A stretch of DNA of 64,000 nt from Minisyncoccota bacterium. GTDB taxonomy: Bacteria; Patescibacteriota; Minisyncoccia; UBA6257; 2-01-FULL-56-20. The stretch is from assembly GCA_035509435.1 (NCBI GenBank), contig DATJLR010000002.1, positions 5,774 to 69,773 on the forward strand, read 5' to 3'. The notes beneath the pieces are model-generated. The model was not told where the DNA came from and made no database searches. It saw only the letters and a program-made list of their open reading frames with translations. Every line of letters starts with the position of its first letter. Within the stretch, counting starts at the first letter, position 1. Of this stretch, positions 17,213 through 25,858 are shown one piece after another. Both the position numbers and the translations under genes were made by a program.

Positions 17213-17375
17213 GCGCCTTTCTGCCGTCAGCGCAAAGATAAGTTCACTTTAACCCATAGTTTTGTATCCGGAGGGGCGGCGCCGACTTTCGTCAGATTCC
17301 CTCATCGAAAACGCATCGTTCGATGCGCCCCCGCAGTGGACGCCTTTCTGCCGTCAGATACAAAGCTATGGGTTA
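17213..17375. repeat. Direct repeat CGCCTTTCTGCCGTCAG (x2) plus 18-bp inverted repeat AACCCATAGTTTTGTATC / GATACAAAGCTATGGGTT
   Basis: Seen in sequence at 17213-17229 and 17344-17360 (direct), and 17252-17269 versus 17358-17375 (inverted, 1 mismatch). Immediately downstream of the AT-rich orphan gene. Confidence 0.5.
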
Positions 17376-17460
17376 TCTATATTCAATCTACCGCCGCAGT
17401 GTTCTACCGTCAAATTCTATTTAATGTATTTTTAATCTCCACTTACGCTATAATGAAGCC

Positions 17461-18045
17461 ATGATATACAGCGTTGAAGGCAAGCTGGCGCTCAAAGAAA
17501 GCGGCTTTGCGGTGGTGACGGCCGGCGGCATCGGCGTGAAGCTCTTTGCGAGCCGGCTCACGCTGGAGGGTCTTCCGGCGGTGGGCGCGGACATCAAGTT
17601 CTTTTGCCATCTTCACGTGCGCGAGGACGCGCTCGACCTTTTCGGCTTCACATCGCCGGACGAGCTGCAATTCTTTGAGATGCTGATCTCCGTCTCGGGC
17701 GTTGGCCCGCGCTCGGCGCTCGCGATCCTCGACACCGGGCCGCTTGAGGAGCTTTCCGCCGCCATCAAAGAGAACCGGCCGGACCTCCTGACCCGCGCCG
17801 CGGGCATCGGGCGCAAGACCGCGGAGCGCGTGATCGTTGAGCTCAAGACGAAAGTGCAGTCCGCGAAGAGCGGTGCGATGGTGGACAAGATGCAGACCGA
17901 CTCCGATCTTGTGGAGGCGCTCACGGGCCTCGGCTATCGCCGCGACGAGGCGCGCGCCGCGCTCGCGAAGGTCGGCAAGGATGTGGAGGGGACGGAAGCG
18001 CGCCTGCGCGCGGCGCTCGCCGTCCTTGCGAACAAACAGAAATAA
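17461..18045 (+). CDS. ruvA: Holliday junction branch migration complex subunit RuvA
   Basis: MIYSVEGKLALKESGFAVVTAGGIGVKLF... OB fold, the tandem HhH motif LISVSGVGPRSALAIL, and a C-terminal RuvB-interaction domain. Confidence 0.9.
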   Translation: MIYSVEGKLALKESGFAVVTAGGIGVKLFASRLTLEGLPAVGADIKFFCHLHVREDALDLFGFTSPDELQFFEMLISVSGVGPRSALAILDTGPLEELSAAIKENRPDLLTRAAGIGRKTAERVIVELKTKVQSAKSGAMVDKMQTDSDLVEALTGLGYRRDEARAALAKVGKDVEGTEARLRAALAVLANKQK

Positions 18046-18046
18046 C

Positions 18047-19336
18047 ATGGAAGCCACCGGCCGCTCGCGCATCGGAAAGTTCTTTCACGATTTCAACGGG
18101 CCCCGTTCCGTATACCATTTTTTGTGGGCATGGACCGGCGCGCATCTGCACCGGCATCCGAGCGAGAAACTTTTTGTGATCGGCATCACCGGCACAAAAG
18201 GGAAGACGACGACGGTGGAGCTCGTGAACGCGATTCTCGAGGCGGCAGGGAAGCGTACGGCGCTCATCTCGTCGTTGCGGGTGAAGGTGGGCGACGAGAG
18301 CAAAAAGAACGCCGTCGGCAATTCCATGCCGGGACACGATTATCTGCAGCGGTTCCTGCGCCGCGCCACGCGCGCCCATTGCAATTACGCGATCGTGGAG
18401 GTGACATCGCAGGGCGTCGTCCAGCACCGGCACCGTTTCATTCACTGGAACATGGGCGTGCTTACCAACCTTTCGCCGGAGCATATCGAATCGCACGGTT
18501 CCTTCGAGAACTACCGGGAGGCAAAGCTGGATTTTTTGAAGTACGTGGTGGAGGAAGGCGGAAAAGTGTTTTTGAACCGCGACGACAAGAACTTCGATTT
18601 CTTCATGGAGGCGCTTGCCGAGAGCGACCCGATCACGTTTTCAAAGGACGATGAGTTTTTCCATGATTCCCTGCCGCATATCCGCACCACAAAGATGCGC
18701 AGCAGCGGCGAAGCGCCGCATTTCCTGATGAGTCCCTTCAATGAGGAGAACATCGCCGTTGCGGTGGCGATCGCAAAGGAGCTCGGTATCGCGAACAAGT
18801 TCATCGATCAGGCGATCATGGGCTTCGAAGGGGTGCAGGGACGGATGGAGTACGTGCACGTCGGCGATTATACGGCGATCGTGGATTACGCGCATACGCC
18901 GGAATCCCTCGAGGCGGCATACATCGCCGCGAAACCGAAGCCCACGCGCGAGTTTCCCCACCCCCGCCTGATCTGTGTGCTTGGCGCCGCGGGTGGCGGC
19001 CGGGACACGTGGAAGCGTCCGGCGTTCGGCACGATCGCCGCGGACCATTGTGATGAGATCATCATCACGAACGAGGACCCGTACGACGAGGATCCTGTGG
19101 AGATCATCAACGAGATTGAGGCGGGGATCCCGCAGCCGTTGCGCGAAGACCAACACGTATACAAGATCCTGGACCGCACCACGGCGATCAAAAAAGCGGT
19201 CGCGCTCGCCGAACCCGGCGATGTCGTGATCGGCACCGGCAAGGGAAGCGAGGATTGGATCCACATAGAAGATGGCCGGAAGATCCCGTGGAACGAACGC
19301 GAAGCATTCGAGGCTGCGCTCAAGGCAAAGAAATAG
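18047..19336 (+). CDS. Mur ligase family protein (MurE-like UDP-MurNAc-tripeptide synthetase)
   Basis: ITGTKGKTTT P-loop, DYAHTPESL and a C-terminal Mur ligase domain. The Met at 18047 was chosen, immediately after the ruvA stop. The ORF opens at 17837 inside ruvA. Confidence 0.8.
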   Translation: MEATGRSRIGKFFHDFNGPRSVYHFLWAWTGAHLHRHPSEKLFVIGITGTKGKTTTVELVNAILEAAGKRTALISSLRVKVGDESKKNAVGNSMPGHDYLQRFLRRATRAHCNYAIVEVTSQGVVQHRHRFIHWNMGVLTNLSPEHIESHGSFENYREAKLDFLKYVVEEGGKVFLNRDDKNFDFFMEALAESDPITFSKDDEFFHDSLPHIRTTKMRSSGEAPHFLMSPFNEENIAVAVAIAKELGIANKFIDQAIMGFEGVQGRMEYVHVGDYTAIVDYAHTPESLEAAYIAAKPKPTREFPHPRLICVLGAAGGGRDTWKRPAFGTIAADHCDEIIITNEDPYDEDPVEIINEIEAGIPQPLREDQHVYKILDRTTAIKKAVALAEPGDVVIGTGKGSEDWIHIEDGRKIPWNEREAFEAALKAKK

Positions 19337-19349
19337 CACCAAATAAAAA

Positions 19350-19390
19350 AAGACGGCCTGCTCGTGAAAGGGAGCAGGCCGGGAGGCCAG
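19350..19390. terminator. Bidirectional intrinsic terminator (GGCCTGCTC-gtgaaaggg-GAGCAGGCC) between convergent genes
   Basis: A-run upstream and a 9-bp stem. Acts for the Mur ligase on (+) and for the 19401..19832 ORF on (-). Confidence 0.55.
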
Positions 19391-19400
19391 TTACGCAACT

Positions 19401-19832
19401 TTAGCGGTCGCCGATGAAAGGGCGGGCGGTGCGGGCGTGGTGTGACTTGTGTCGCGTCTCATGCTTCGTGCCTTCTCTCCGGGCGATCTGTTGGATGATG
19501 GCTGCTGATTGCTTGGGAGAAGCGAAGACATTCGGCTGTCGTACCGGAGTTGGCGGAGGGCCATCCAACGCGCCGGGATCAAAGATGATGCCTTGTGAAG
19601 CTTTGGGAGCCGGAAGCGGCGGCGAAGGGATGTTTCTGAAGAATGCCTCGATGCGGGGTGGTCGATTGGGGTCGTCCAGGTTTCGCGTCGTGACTGCGCG
19701 GATAAGGCCATCGCTGGGGGCCTTGTTGCTTTTGGGCATCGGGGCCAGTGTGGTGGGTGCGGTCAGTTCGAGGTAGCGGCGCGCCTCAACTTGCTGGGGC
19801 GTGGGTTCCGGTGTTCTTTCCATGTTGCGCAC
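19401..19832 (-). CDS. Hypothetical proline-rich protein
   Basis: 143-aa ORF with an intrinsic terminator immediately downstream on its strand. Low complexity and no recognisable domain. Confidence 0.3.
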   Translation of the reverse strand: MRNMERTPEPTPQQVEARRYLELTAPTTLAPMPKSNKAPSDGLIRAVTTRNLDDPNRPPRIEAFFRNIPSPPLPAPKASQGIIFDPGALDGPPPTPVRQPNVFASPKQSAAIIQQIARREGTKHETRHKSHHARTARPFIGDR

Positions 19833-19875
19833 ACTCCGTAGGATGAATTGGTTCTACCCTTAACCATACTCCGAT

Positions 19876-19904
19876 TTGTCGGCGGGTGCAAGCCACCGTA
19901 TAAT
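19876..19904 (+). promoter_or_regulatory. Sigma70-like promoter TTGTCG - 17 nt - TATAAT upstream of the MBL-fold RNase gene
   Basis: Consensus -10 and good spacing. 8 nt from -10 to the ATG at 19913, so possibly a leaderless or short-leader transcript. Confidence 0.5.
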
Positions 19905-19912
19905 TAGCTTAT

Positions 19913-21265
19913 ATGCAGCTTACTTTCTACGGAGGCACGGGCGAGGCCACGGGCTCGAACTATATTTTGGAATCCGGCGGCACGAAGATCATGATCGACT
20001 GCGGGCTCCACCAGGGGAGCCACTATGCCGACCGCGAGAACTTCGAACAGTTCGCGTACGACCCAAAGTCGGTGTCGGCGGTGTTCATTTCCCACTCGCA
20101 TCTTGATCACATCGGCCGCCTGCCGAGCCTGGTGCTCGCCGGCTTTGCTGGAACCATCTATTCCACGCACGCCACGCGCGACTTTGCGGCGCTCATGCTC
20201 GAGGACTCCGAGCACTTGCTTGCCAAGGAAGCCGAACGCGAAGCGCGGCCGCCGCTCTATCGCGATGAGGACATCCCGAAAGTGACGGCGCTGTGGAAAG
20301 GCGTGAAATATCATGAGCCGGTCACGGTCGGGCCGTTCAAAGTTGAGCTCTATGACGCAGGACATATTCTTGGCTCTGCGATCATCCACGTGGAGTGCGA
20401 GGGGAAGACGATCGTGTTCTCCGGTGACCTCGGCAATGTGCCGTCGCCGCTTATCAAGCCGACGGAAAAGATCCCGTCAGCGGACTATTGCCTGATCGAA
20501 TCCACGTATGGCGACCGCGTGCACGAGGACGTGTCGGCTCGCCGCGAGATGCTGCTTGGCGCGATCACGGAAACGTTCGCCCGCGGCGGCGTGCTCATGA
20601 TCCCGACGTTCGCGATGGAGCGCACGCAGGACCTGCTCTTCCACTTTCACCAGTTGTATGAGGAAAAAAAATTGCCCGATGAGCCGATCTTTTTGGATAG
20701 CCCGCTCGCGATCAAACTCACCGAGCTTTTCAAAAAGCACGAGGACGCGTTCAGCGATAAAGTGGAGAATATCATAAAAACCGGCACGGACGGTGACATT
20801 CTGAGCTTTCCCGACCTGCGCGTCACGCTCACGACGGAGCAGTCAAAGGATATCAACAACATCCCCGCGCCCAAGATCATCATCGCCGGTTCCGGCATGT
20901 CGAACGGCGGTCGCATTCTTCACCACGAGCTGCGGTATTTGCCGGATCCCAAAAGCGAGGTGGTGTTCGTCGGCTATCAGGCGGAGGGCTCGATGGGGCG
21001 TGAGATGCTGATGGGCGCGAGCGAAGTGCGCATCTTCGGCGAGACGGTGCCGGTGCGGTGCCATAAGATCGACATTCCCGGATATTCCGCCCACGCCGAC
21101 CAGCCCCACCTGCTTGACTGGCTGAGCAGCATGAAAAATTCGTTAAAAAAGGTCTACGTGGTGCAGGGCGAACAGGCGTCGAGTGAAACGCTCGCGCATA
21201 AGATCATCGACGGGTTCGGCGTCGCCGCGGAGGTGCCGCATCTCGGCGAGAGTGTTACACTATAA
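19913..21265 (+). CDS. MBL-fold metallo-hydrolase, beta-CASP RNA-metabolising family (RNase J/CPSF-like)
   Basis: HxHxDH motif ISHSHLDHIG, and beta-CASP motifs (D..ESTYGD, GYSAHADQ with HAD). Confidence 0.85.
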   Translation: MQLTFYGGTGEATGSNYILESGGTKIMIDCGLHQGSHYADRENFEQFAYDPKSVSAVFISHSHLDHIGRLPSLVLAGFAGTIYSTHATRDFAALMLEDSEHLLAKEAEREARPPLYRDEDIPKVTALWKGVKYHEPVTVGPFKVELYDAGHILGSAIIHVECEGKTIVFSGDLGNVPSPLIKPTEKIPSADYCLIESTYGDRVHEDVSARREMLLGAITETFARGGVLMIPTFAMERTQDLLFHFHQLYEEKKLPDEPIFLDSPLAIKLTELFKKHEDAFSDKVENIIKTGTDGDILSFPDLRVTLTTEQSKDINNIPAPKIIIAGSGMSNGGRILHHELRYLPDPKSEVVFVGYQAEGSMGREMLMGASEVRIFGETVPVRCHKIDIPGYSAHADQPHLLDWLSSMKNSLKKVYVVQGEQASSETLAHKIIDGFGVAAEVPHLGESVTL

Positions 21266-21286
21266 ATACATCAAGGAAAAAATATC

Positions 21287-21877
21287 ATGACAACAAAAAA
21301 AATAGACACGGCATATCACCTTAAATATAAGATATGCATTTCGGGCGCCGCGGAGATCGAACATTGTCCCCCTGGCACGGTGGAAAAGGCGGAGCAGATC
21401 GGGCGGCTTATCGCGCAGGCGGGCGTGGTGTTGGTTGACGGCGCGACCACCGGCATCCCGTACTATGCGGCGAAGGGCGCAAAAGAAGCGGGCGGCATCG
21501 TGATCGGGCTTTCGCCGGCGGAATCAAAGGCCGCGCATGTGCGCACGTACCGCCTGCCGATCGACTACCATGACCTTATCATCTACACGGGCTTCGGCTA
21601 TTCCGGGCGCAATCTTTTGCTTACGCGATCGGCGGATGCCGTCATCACGATCTACGGCCGCATCGGCACCCTGAACGAGTTCACGATCGCATTCGAGGAC
21701 AAGAAACCGCAGGGCGTGCTCACGCACACCGGCGGCACGAGCGATGAGCTCGAGCATATTTTGAAGATCGCGCACCGCGGCAACGGCAAGGCGGTGTTCG
21801 AAGAGGATCCAAAACTATTGGTCGAAAAAGTAATAGAACTTATCCATGAAGAAGAAGAAAAGCGCGAGATCGAATAA
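21287..21877 (+). CDS. LOG / TIGR00725-family Rossmann-fold protein (SLOG superfamily)
   Basis: Glycine-rich ISGAAE ... GATTGIPYYAAKGA ... and PGGxGTxxE-like segment GRIGTLNEFT, typical of LOG/DprA-like SLOG proteins. Confidence 0.7.
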   Translation: MTTKKIDTAYHLKYKICISGAAEIEHCPPGTVEKAEQIGRLIAQAGVVLVDGATTGIPYYAAKGAKEAGGIVIGLSPAESKAAHVRTYRLPIDYHDLIIYTGFGYSGRNLLLTRSADAVITIYGRIGTLNEFTIAFEDKKPQGVLTHTGGTSDELEHILKIAHRGNGKAVFEEDPKLLVEKVIELIHEEEEKREIE

Positions 21878-22193
21878 GAAGGCGGCAAAGAAAAAAGCGG
21901 CGTCGAAGCGCAGATCCGCAGCGAAGCGGAAGGCCGCGCCGGTTAAAAAAGTGAAGCCGATCGGCAGGGTCACGCATTATTACACGCACATCAAGGTGGC
22001 GATCGTAAAGTTCAACACGAACGTCAAGGCGGGGACCTCGCTGTATTTCAAGGGTGCAACGACGGACTTTACGGAAGCGGCAAAGTCCATGCAGTTCGAT
22101 CATGTGCCGGTGGCAGTGGCCAAGAAGGGGAAGCAGATCGGCATCAAGCTAAAAAAGCGTGTGCGGGAAGGCGATGGTGTTTATAAAGCATAG
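21846..22193 (+). CDS. Small protein with a Lys/Ala-rich basic N-terminus and an EF-Tu domain-2-like beta-barrel
   Basis: KKKKSARSNKKAAKKKAASKRR... followed by IGRVTHYYTHIKVAIVKFNTNVKAGTSLYFKG...GDGVY. Overlaps the 3' end of the upstream gene by 32 nt. Confidence 0.55.
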   Translation: MKKKKSARSNKKAAKKKAASKRRSAAKRKAAPVKKVKPIGRVTHYYTHIKVAIVKFNTNVKAGTSLYFKGATTDFTEAAKSMQFDHVPVAVAKKGKQIGIKLKKRVREGDGVYKA

Positions 22194-22202
22194 CGCGGCA
22201 CG

Positions 22203-23351
22203 ATGAACAAGCGCCTGACCATCGCGGCGATCGTGGCCGCGGCAACGATCGGGGAGGGCGTCTTTGCGGTGCCGTATATCATCCAGAATTCGGGATGGGC
22301 CGTCACGTTCGGATATTTCATCGCTGTCATCGCGCTCGTTTCGGTCGCGCACATACTGTATCTGCGGACGCTCGCATCCACGGATGAAAAAGAACGCCTG
22401 CTCGGCCTCGCCCGGAACTATTTCGGCGCGCCCGGTTTTTGGACGGGATTCGTCGCGATCGTCGTGGGGCTTCTTCTCAGTTCTGTCGCGTATCTCGTTC
22501 TCGGATCCCAGTTCCTGCAAATATTGTTCCCGGGCATCGCTCCCGCTGCCGCCCTCGCCGTCTTCTGGGCGCTGCTCGCGATCCTTGTGTGGGGGAGCGA
22601 GGGCGGCATTGCATGGTTCGAGGCGACAGGCATCGCGCTCGTCTCTATCGCAATATTGTTCATATTTTTTTCGGGCCATCCCGGCACGGCGTTCGCGTCG
22701 CTTCCTCTCGCGGTTCCGGAAAATTTTTTCCTGCCGTTCGGCGTCGTGATCTTTGCGCTGGCAGGATGGACCTGCGTGGAACCGGTGTACGAGCTTGCCT
22801 ATCGGAAGGGCGATGACCGCGGTGCCAAGAGCGCAAAGAGCGGCGAGAAGCCCCTTGCGCTCCCGGGGGCGTTCTGGCTTTTTGCGCTCGGCACCGCGTT
22901 CGCAGGATTGCTCTATTGGCTTTTTGCCGCAGGCGTCATCGGCACGACGGGTTCGCAGATGACGGCGGACACGGTATCCGGCATCGCCGCATGGCCGCTG
23001 TGGCGGAAGGATATCCTTGCCGCGATCGGACTTCTTTCGGTGTGCGTCGTCTCGGTGCCGATCGCCCGCGAGATCCGCGGCGCGATGGAAAAGGACCTTG
23101 GATGGAACTCGACCGTTTCACGCTCGGTGATCGTTCTCCTTCCGCTCGCCGCGGTGCTGTCGGGATTCAATAACTTTCTCGCGATCATCGGTCTCGCGGG
23201 CGGCGTTTTCATCAGCACACAGTATCTTCTGATCATCTCCGTCGGACGCCGCACGCTCGCCCTCGCGCAGCGCGAGAAGATCCTGCTCGACGTCGTTGCC
23301 GTCGTCTTCATCTGTGCCGCAGTTTACGAGATCTGGCATTTCGTTGTATAA
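22203..23351 (+). CDS. Polytopic membrane transporter, amino-acid permease-like (about 11 TM)
   Basis: 382 aa, highly hydrophobic. GEGVFAVPY near the N-terminus is reminiscent of HAAAP/amino-acid permease families. Confidence 0.6.
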   Translation: MNKRLTIAAIVAAATIGEGVFAVPYIIQNSGWAVTFGYFIAVIALVSVAHILYLRTLASTDEKERLLGLARNYFGAPGFWTGFVAIVVGLLLSSVAYLVLGSQFLQILFPGIAPAAALAVFWALLAILVWGSEGGIAWFEATGIALVSIAILFIFFSGHPGTAFASLPLAVPENFFLPFGVVIFALAGWTCVEPVYELAYRKGDDRGAKSAKSGEKPLALPGAFWLFALGTAFAGLLYWLFAAGVIGTTGSQMTADTVSGIAAWPLWRKDILAAIGLLSVCVVSVPIAREIRGAMEKDLGWNSTVSRSVIVLLPLAAVLSGFNNFLAIIGLAGGVFISTQYLLIISVGRRTLALAQREKILLDVVAVVFICAAVYEIWHFVV

Positions 23352-23384
23352 AGAGAGGCGTCAGGCGCGCTCCGCACGCGACAC

Positions 23385-23456
23385 GCTCTCGTAGTTTAAT
23401 GGATAGAATATCTCCCTCCGAAGGAGGTGGTACAGGTTCGATTCCTGTCGAGAGCA
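23385..23456 (+). tRNA. tRNA-Arg (anticodon CCG)
   Basis: Cloverleaf folded by hand. Acceptor GCTCTCG/CGAGAGC. Anticodon stem TCTCC/GGAGG with loop CTCCGAA. T-loop GTTCGATTC. Discriminator A. Confidence 0.85.
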
Positions 23457-23546
23457 CATGGCAGTGAGACCAGACCGAGGTGCATAGATGCTATCTTTTC
23501 TGAGATACGTCACAGTGCCCCTACATAAAAACCGAACCAAACAACG

Positions 23547-23830
23547 CTACTTTTTTAGCAGGAACATTTCTGCTTTGCCTCCCTCGATAAATTTATTGGA
23601 GGGAACAAGCGTTAAGAGTTCTTCCCGCAGTTCTTTTTCAAACTCCTCCGCTCGGTCTCCGAAGAGCCGTTTATTGGCATATGATGTGGAATAAAGAAAT
23701 CCCACGATCTCGTCGATATTTCGTTCGGTAGTATATTCATATGTTTTTAAATTGTAGGTACGGAACGGGGATTCCGAAATGCGAGCCAACCAAGATAGAC
23801 CCTTTCTTCGCCATCATCTTCCGCCACGGC
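23547..23830 (-). pseudogene. Frameshifted gene fragment (two overlapping reading frames)
   Basis: Frame A gives MSAVAEDDGEERVYLGWLAFRNPRSVPTI then a stop. Frame B, the 80-aa ORF 23547..23789, continues as ...RISESPFRTYNLKTYEYTTERNIDEIVGFLYSTSY.... Looks like a decayed C-terminal piece of a larger gene at the island edge. Confidence 0.3.
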
Positions 23831-23961
23831 AGACATATATAAACCTCCTACTGTATAAAATCTATACTAGTTGGTCGGCGAGCGTCAACTTTATAACAGA
23901 AAAGCCCTGCGTGAAGCAGGGCTTTGGGGTTGGCCATCGCGTCATCTCCGTCGGCCAGCCC

Positions 23962-24201
23962 TCAAGATTTCCGACGCCGAAACGAGCGGATCACGCGAGA
24001 CCAACATCCAGGTGATGGAGGTCCGCCGCTTAACACCGCAAGCGACAATTGTCCTCCGAGAGCAACTGTTAGCATCAGACCGATGCCCAGCCATTGAGGG
24101 TCGTGGATGGAATAGCGGTATCCACAGAACCCTATCCCTGACACTACAAAGATAAAAAGCGACGCCTTGGCATTTCTTGGCTGTATGAGCCTGGCTGACA
24201 T
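23962..24201 (-). CDS. Small membrane protein, paralog of 25583..25858
   Basis: FCGYRYSIHDPQWLGIGLMLTVALGGQLSLAVLSGGPPSPGCW aligns with FCFYRFSVHDRDWLAGGLVLTVFVGGQVAMLILTAPPPAPRGFW of the other copy. Confidence 0.45.
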   Translation of the reverse strand: MSARLIQPRNAKASLFIFVVSGIGFCGYRYSIHDPQWLGIGLMLTVALGGQLSLAVLSGGPPSPGCWSRVIRSFRRRKS

Positions 24202-24306
24202 GCTCGGTTACCTCCTCTCATTGTGATATGGCAAATACCTTCCGAACTATAGCGCCGGCACAAGCGGCTCGTCAATAAATTGATTGGAGCGTGATTCTAA
24301 TTTATT

Positions 24307-24341
24307 TGACGTCCGCAAAATCAAATAATATAATGCAGGCA
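24307..24341 (+). promoter_or_regulatory. Consensus sigma70 promoter TTGACG - 17 nt - TATAAT with RBS GAAGGGAG for the excisionase-like gene
   Basis: Exact -10, near-exact -35 and a 17-nt spacer. ATG at 24362. Confidence 0.6.
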
Positions 24342-24361
24342 GTTTTCGAAGGGAGTTTCTC

Positions 24362-24622
24362 ATGATTGAAATCGCAGGGGTAAAGTTTTACAACATAGAA
24401 GAAACTGCACGGCTTCTCGGCATTACGCCGCGGACGCTTCAACGATGGACGAATTGCCATGATGAGGGATCGGAACGGCCGAAACATATCAAAGGCCTTC
24501 GTCCGGTGCATGCGCCGAATGGCAAAAAGCTCTTTAAAGAAGCGGATATTCTCAAAGCGGTGTCTGCTTGCTTTGAAATGGAAGTTAGCGCCGCATCACT
24601 TCCAGAGATCGGAAAGATATGA
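24362..24622 (+). CDS. Excisionase/AlpA-like helix-turn-helix DNA-binding protein (HTH_17/MerR-like)
   Basis: YNIEETARLLGITPRTLQRW is the classic Xis/AlpA-type HTH. Confidence 0.65.
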   Translation: MIEIAGVKFYNIEETARLLGITPRTLQRWTNCHDEGSERPKHIKGLRPVHAPNGKKLFKEADILKAVSACFEMEVSAASLPEIGKI

Positions 24623-24777
24623 GCCCACATTTGCGAATAATGTGGGCTTGATTTATCCTACCCACAGAGGAAAACGGCATGGCAACGAAGTGACGGAGCA
24701 GGTCGGTCTCAGCAGATAAGGAATTGAGCGGTCGATTTTTCGGTTAGGACAGCGCATCTTCGGATGCGCTATTTTTT

Positions 24778-25158
24778 TTGTCGTTCTCATGTAAAGCATC
24801 TCCGTGCGCACAATACAGTATAATAAAATGGATGGCGGATGACTTCTTCTTTATCTTTTTGGGTACGATAGTGGCAACAAGACTTTTCCTTTTTATGAAG
24901 CCGTTGCCGGCGCCGACGGTCGGGAAATTGAGGGTGCACCATTATATGTACGGGCTATTGGGAATTGTGATCGCGCTTGCGATCCACTCGCTCATCCTTT
25001 ACGCAGTGGGATGGGGATTGTTCGTGGACGAATTGACCTATCTGGTTATCGGCGGGAAAACCCACCAAGACAATTATTCGGCGCTTTCCCTGTCGGGAAC
25101 GGTGATCTTGATGGTTGTGATTTTCTTTGCGAGGGGCTGGATAGTTACACCTTTCTAA
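24778..25158 (+). CDS. Hypothetical membrane protein (3-4 TM)
   Basis: 126-aa ORF with hydrophobic helices. The start may be the Met at 24835. Confidence 0.4.
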   Translation: MSFSCKASPCAQYSIIKWMADDFFFIFLGTIVATRLFLFMKPLPAPTVGKLRVHHYMYGLLGIVIALAIHSLILYAVGWGLFVDELTYLVIGGKTHQDNYSALSLSGTVILMVVIFFARGWIVTPF

Positions 25159-25164
25159 TTAATA

Positions 25165-25190
25165 AGGAGCCGATATTTCTATCGGCTCCT
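25165..25190. terminator. Bidirectional terminator hairpin AGGAGCCGATA-tttc-TATCGGCTCCT
   Basis: Perfect 11-bp inverted repeat between convergent ORFs. Confidence 0.5.
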
Positions 25191-25197
25191 CGAGTCG

Positions 25198-25389
25198 CTA
25201 CGCTTCGCGGTGGTAAAGGATGAGGTAGGTGATCACGATCCCCACTAGGGCGCATCCAAGCAGTACGTCTTGGAGAAGTCCCATTGGCTGGTGGGTGGCG
25301 AGCGCGACTATCGCCACGGCGGCCAGAAGGATCCAGAGGAGCGCGAGAAGGATGCGATCATTTTTTACGTCGATCAGTGGAACGGGCAC
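25198..25389 (-). CDS. Hypothetical small membrane protein
   Basis: 63 aa with two hydrophobic segments. Confidence 0.3.
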   Translation of the reverse strand: MPVPLIDVKNDRILLALLWILLAAVAIVALATHQPMGLLQDVLLGCALVGIVITYLILYHREA

Positions 25390-25582
25390 GACACCTCCTT
25401 ATTAAAACCTACAGGTACCATACCAGAAAATTCATAGATTTCCAATCGAATTGATTTCTATACTCACTGGCGTGATTCGGATAATACGTCGCGTTATTAG
25501 AACTGTGATGGCGGTTGACCACTCCCCGACAGGGATATATAGTTCAATGGGAAATTTATCAGACCGTTAATATGGAGGTAGT

Positions 25583-25858
25583 ATGGCGCGTGACAGGATG
25601 GTGCAGCCGGGAAGTATTCGGCGGGCATTGACGTTTCTCTTTGTGGCGGCAATTGCCTTCTGCTTCTACCGATTCTCCGTACATGATCGCGATTGGTTGG
25701 CAGGCGGGCTCGTTCTTACCGTTTTCGTCGGTGGACAGGTGGCCATGCTGATACTGACAGCGCCCCCGCCGGCACCGCGCGGATTCTGGAAGTCCGTCAT
25801 AGCGGAACTTTGGCGTTATTGGAAGCAACATCGTGCAATGGGTCAGCCTAAGGGCTGA
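25583..25858 (+). CDS. Small membrane protein, paralog of 23962..24201
   Basis: See the paralog alignment. RBS-like GGAGG at 25575. Confidence 0.5.
   Translation: MARDRMVQPGSIRRALTFLFVAAIAFCFYRFSVHDRDWLAGGLVLTVFVGGQVAMLILTAPPPAPRGFWKSVIAELWRYWKQHRAMGQPKG

Noticed and set aside
17213-17360. Possible CRISPR-like repeat
   Set aside because: Only two copies of a 17-nt repeat, with unequal spacing and no cas genes. Treated as insertion-associated repeats instead.
17837-18046. Upstream extension of the Mur ligase ORF overlapping ruvA
   Set aside because: The extension is Arg-rich junk overlapping the ruvA 3' end. The Met at 18047, right after the ruvA stop, was chosen.
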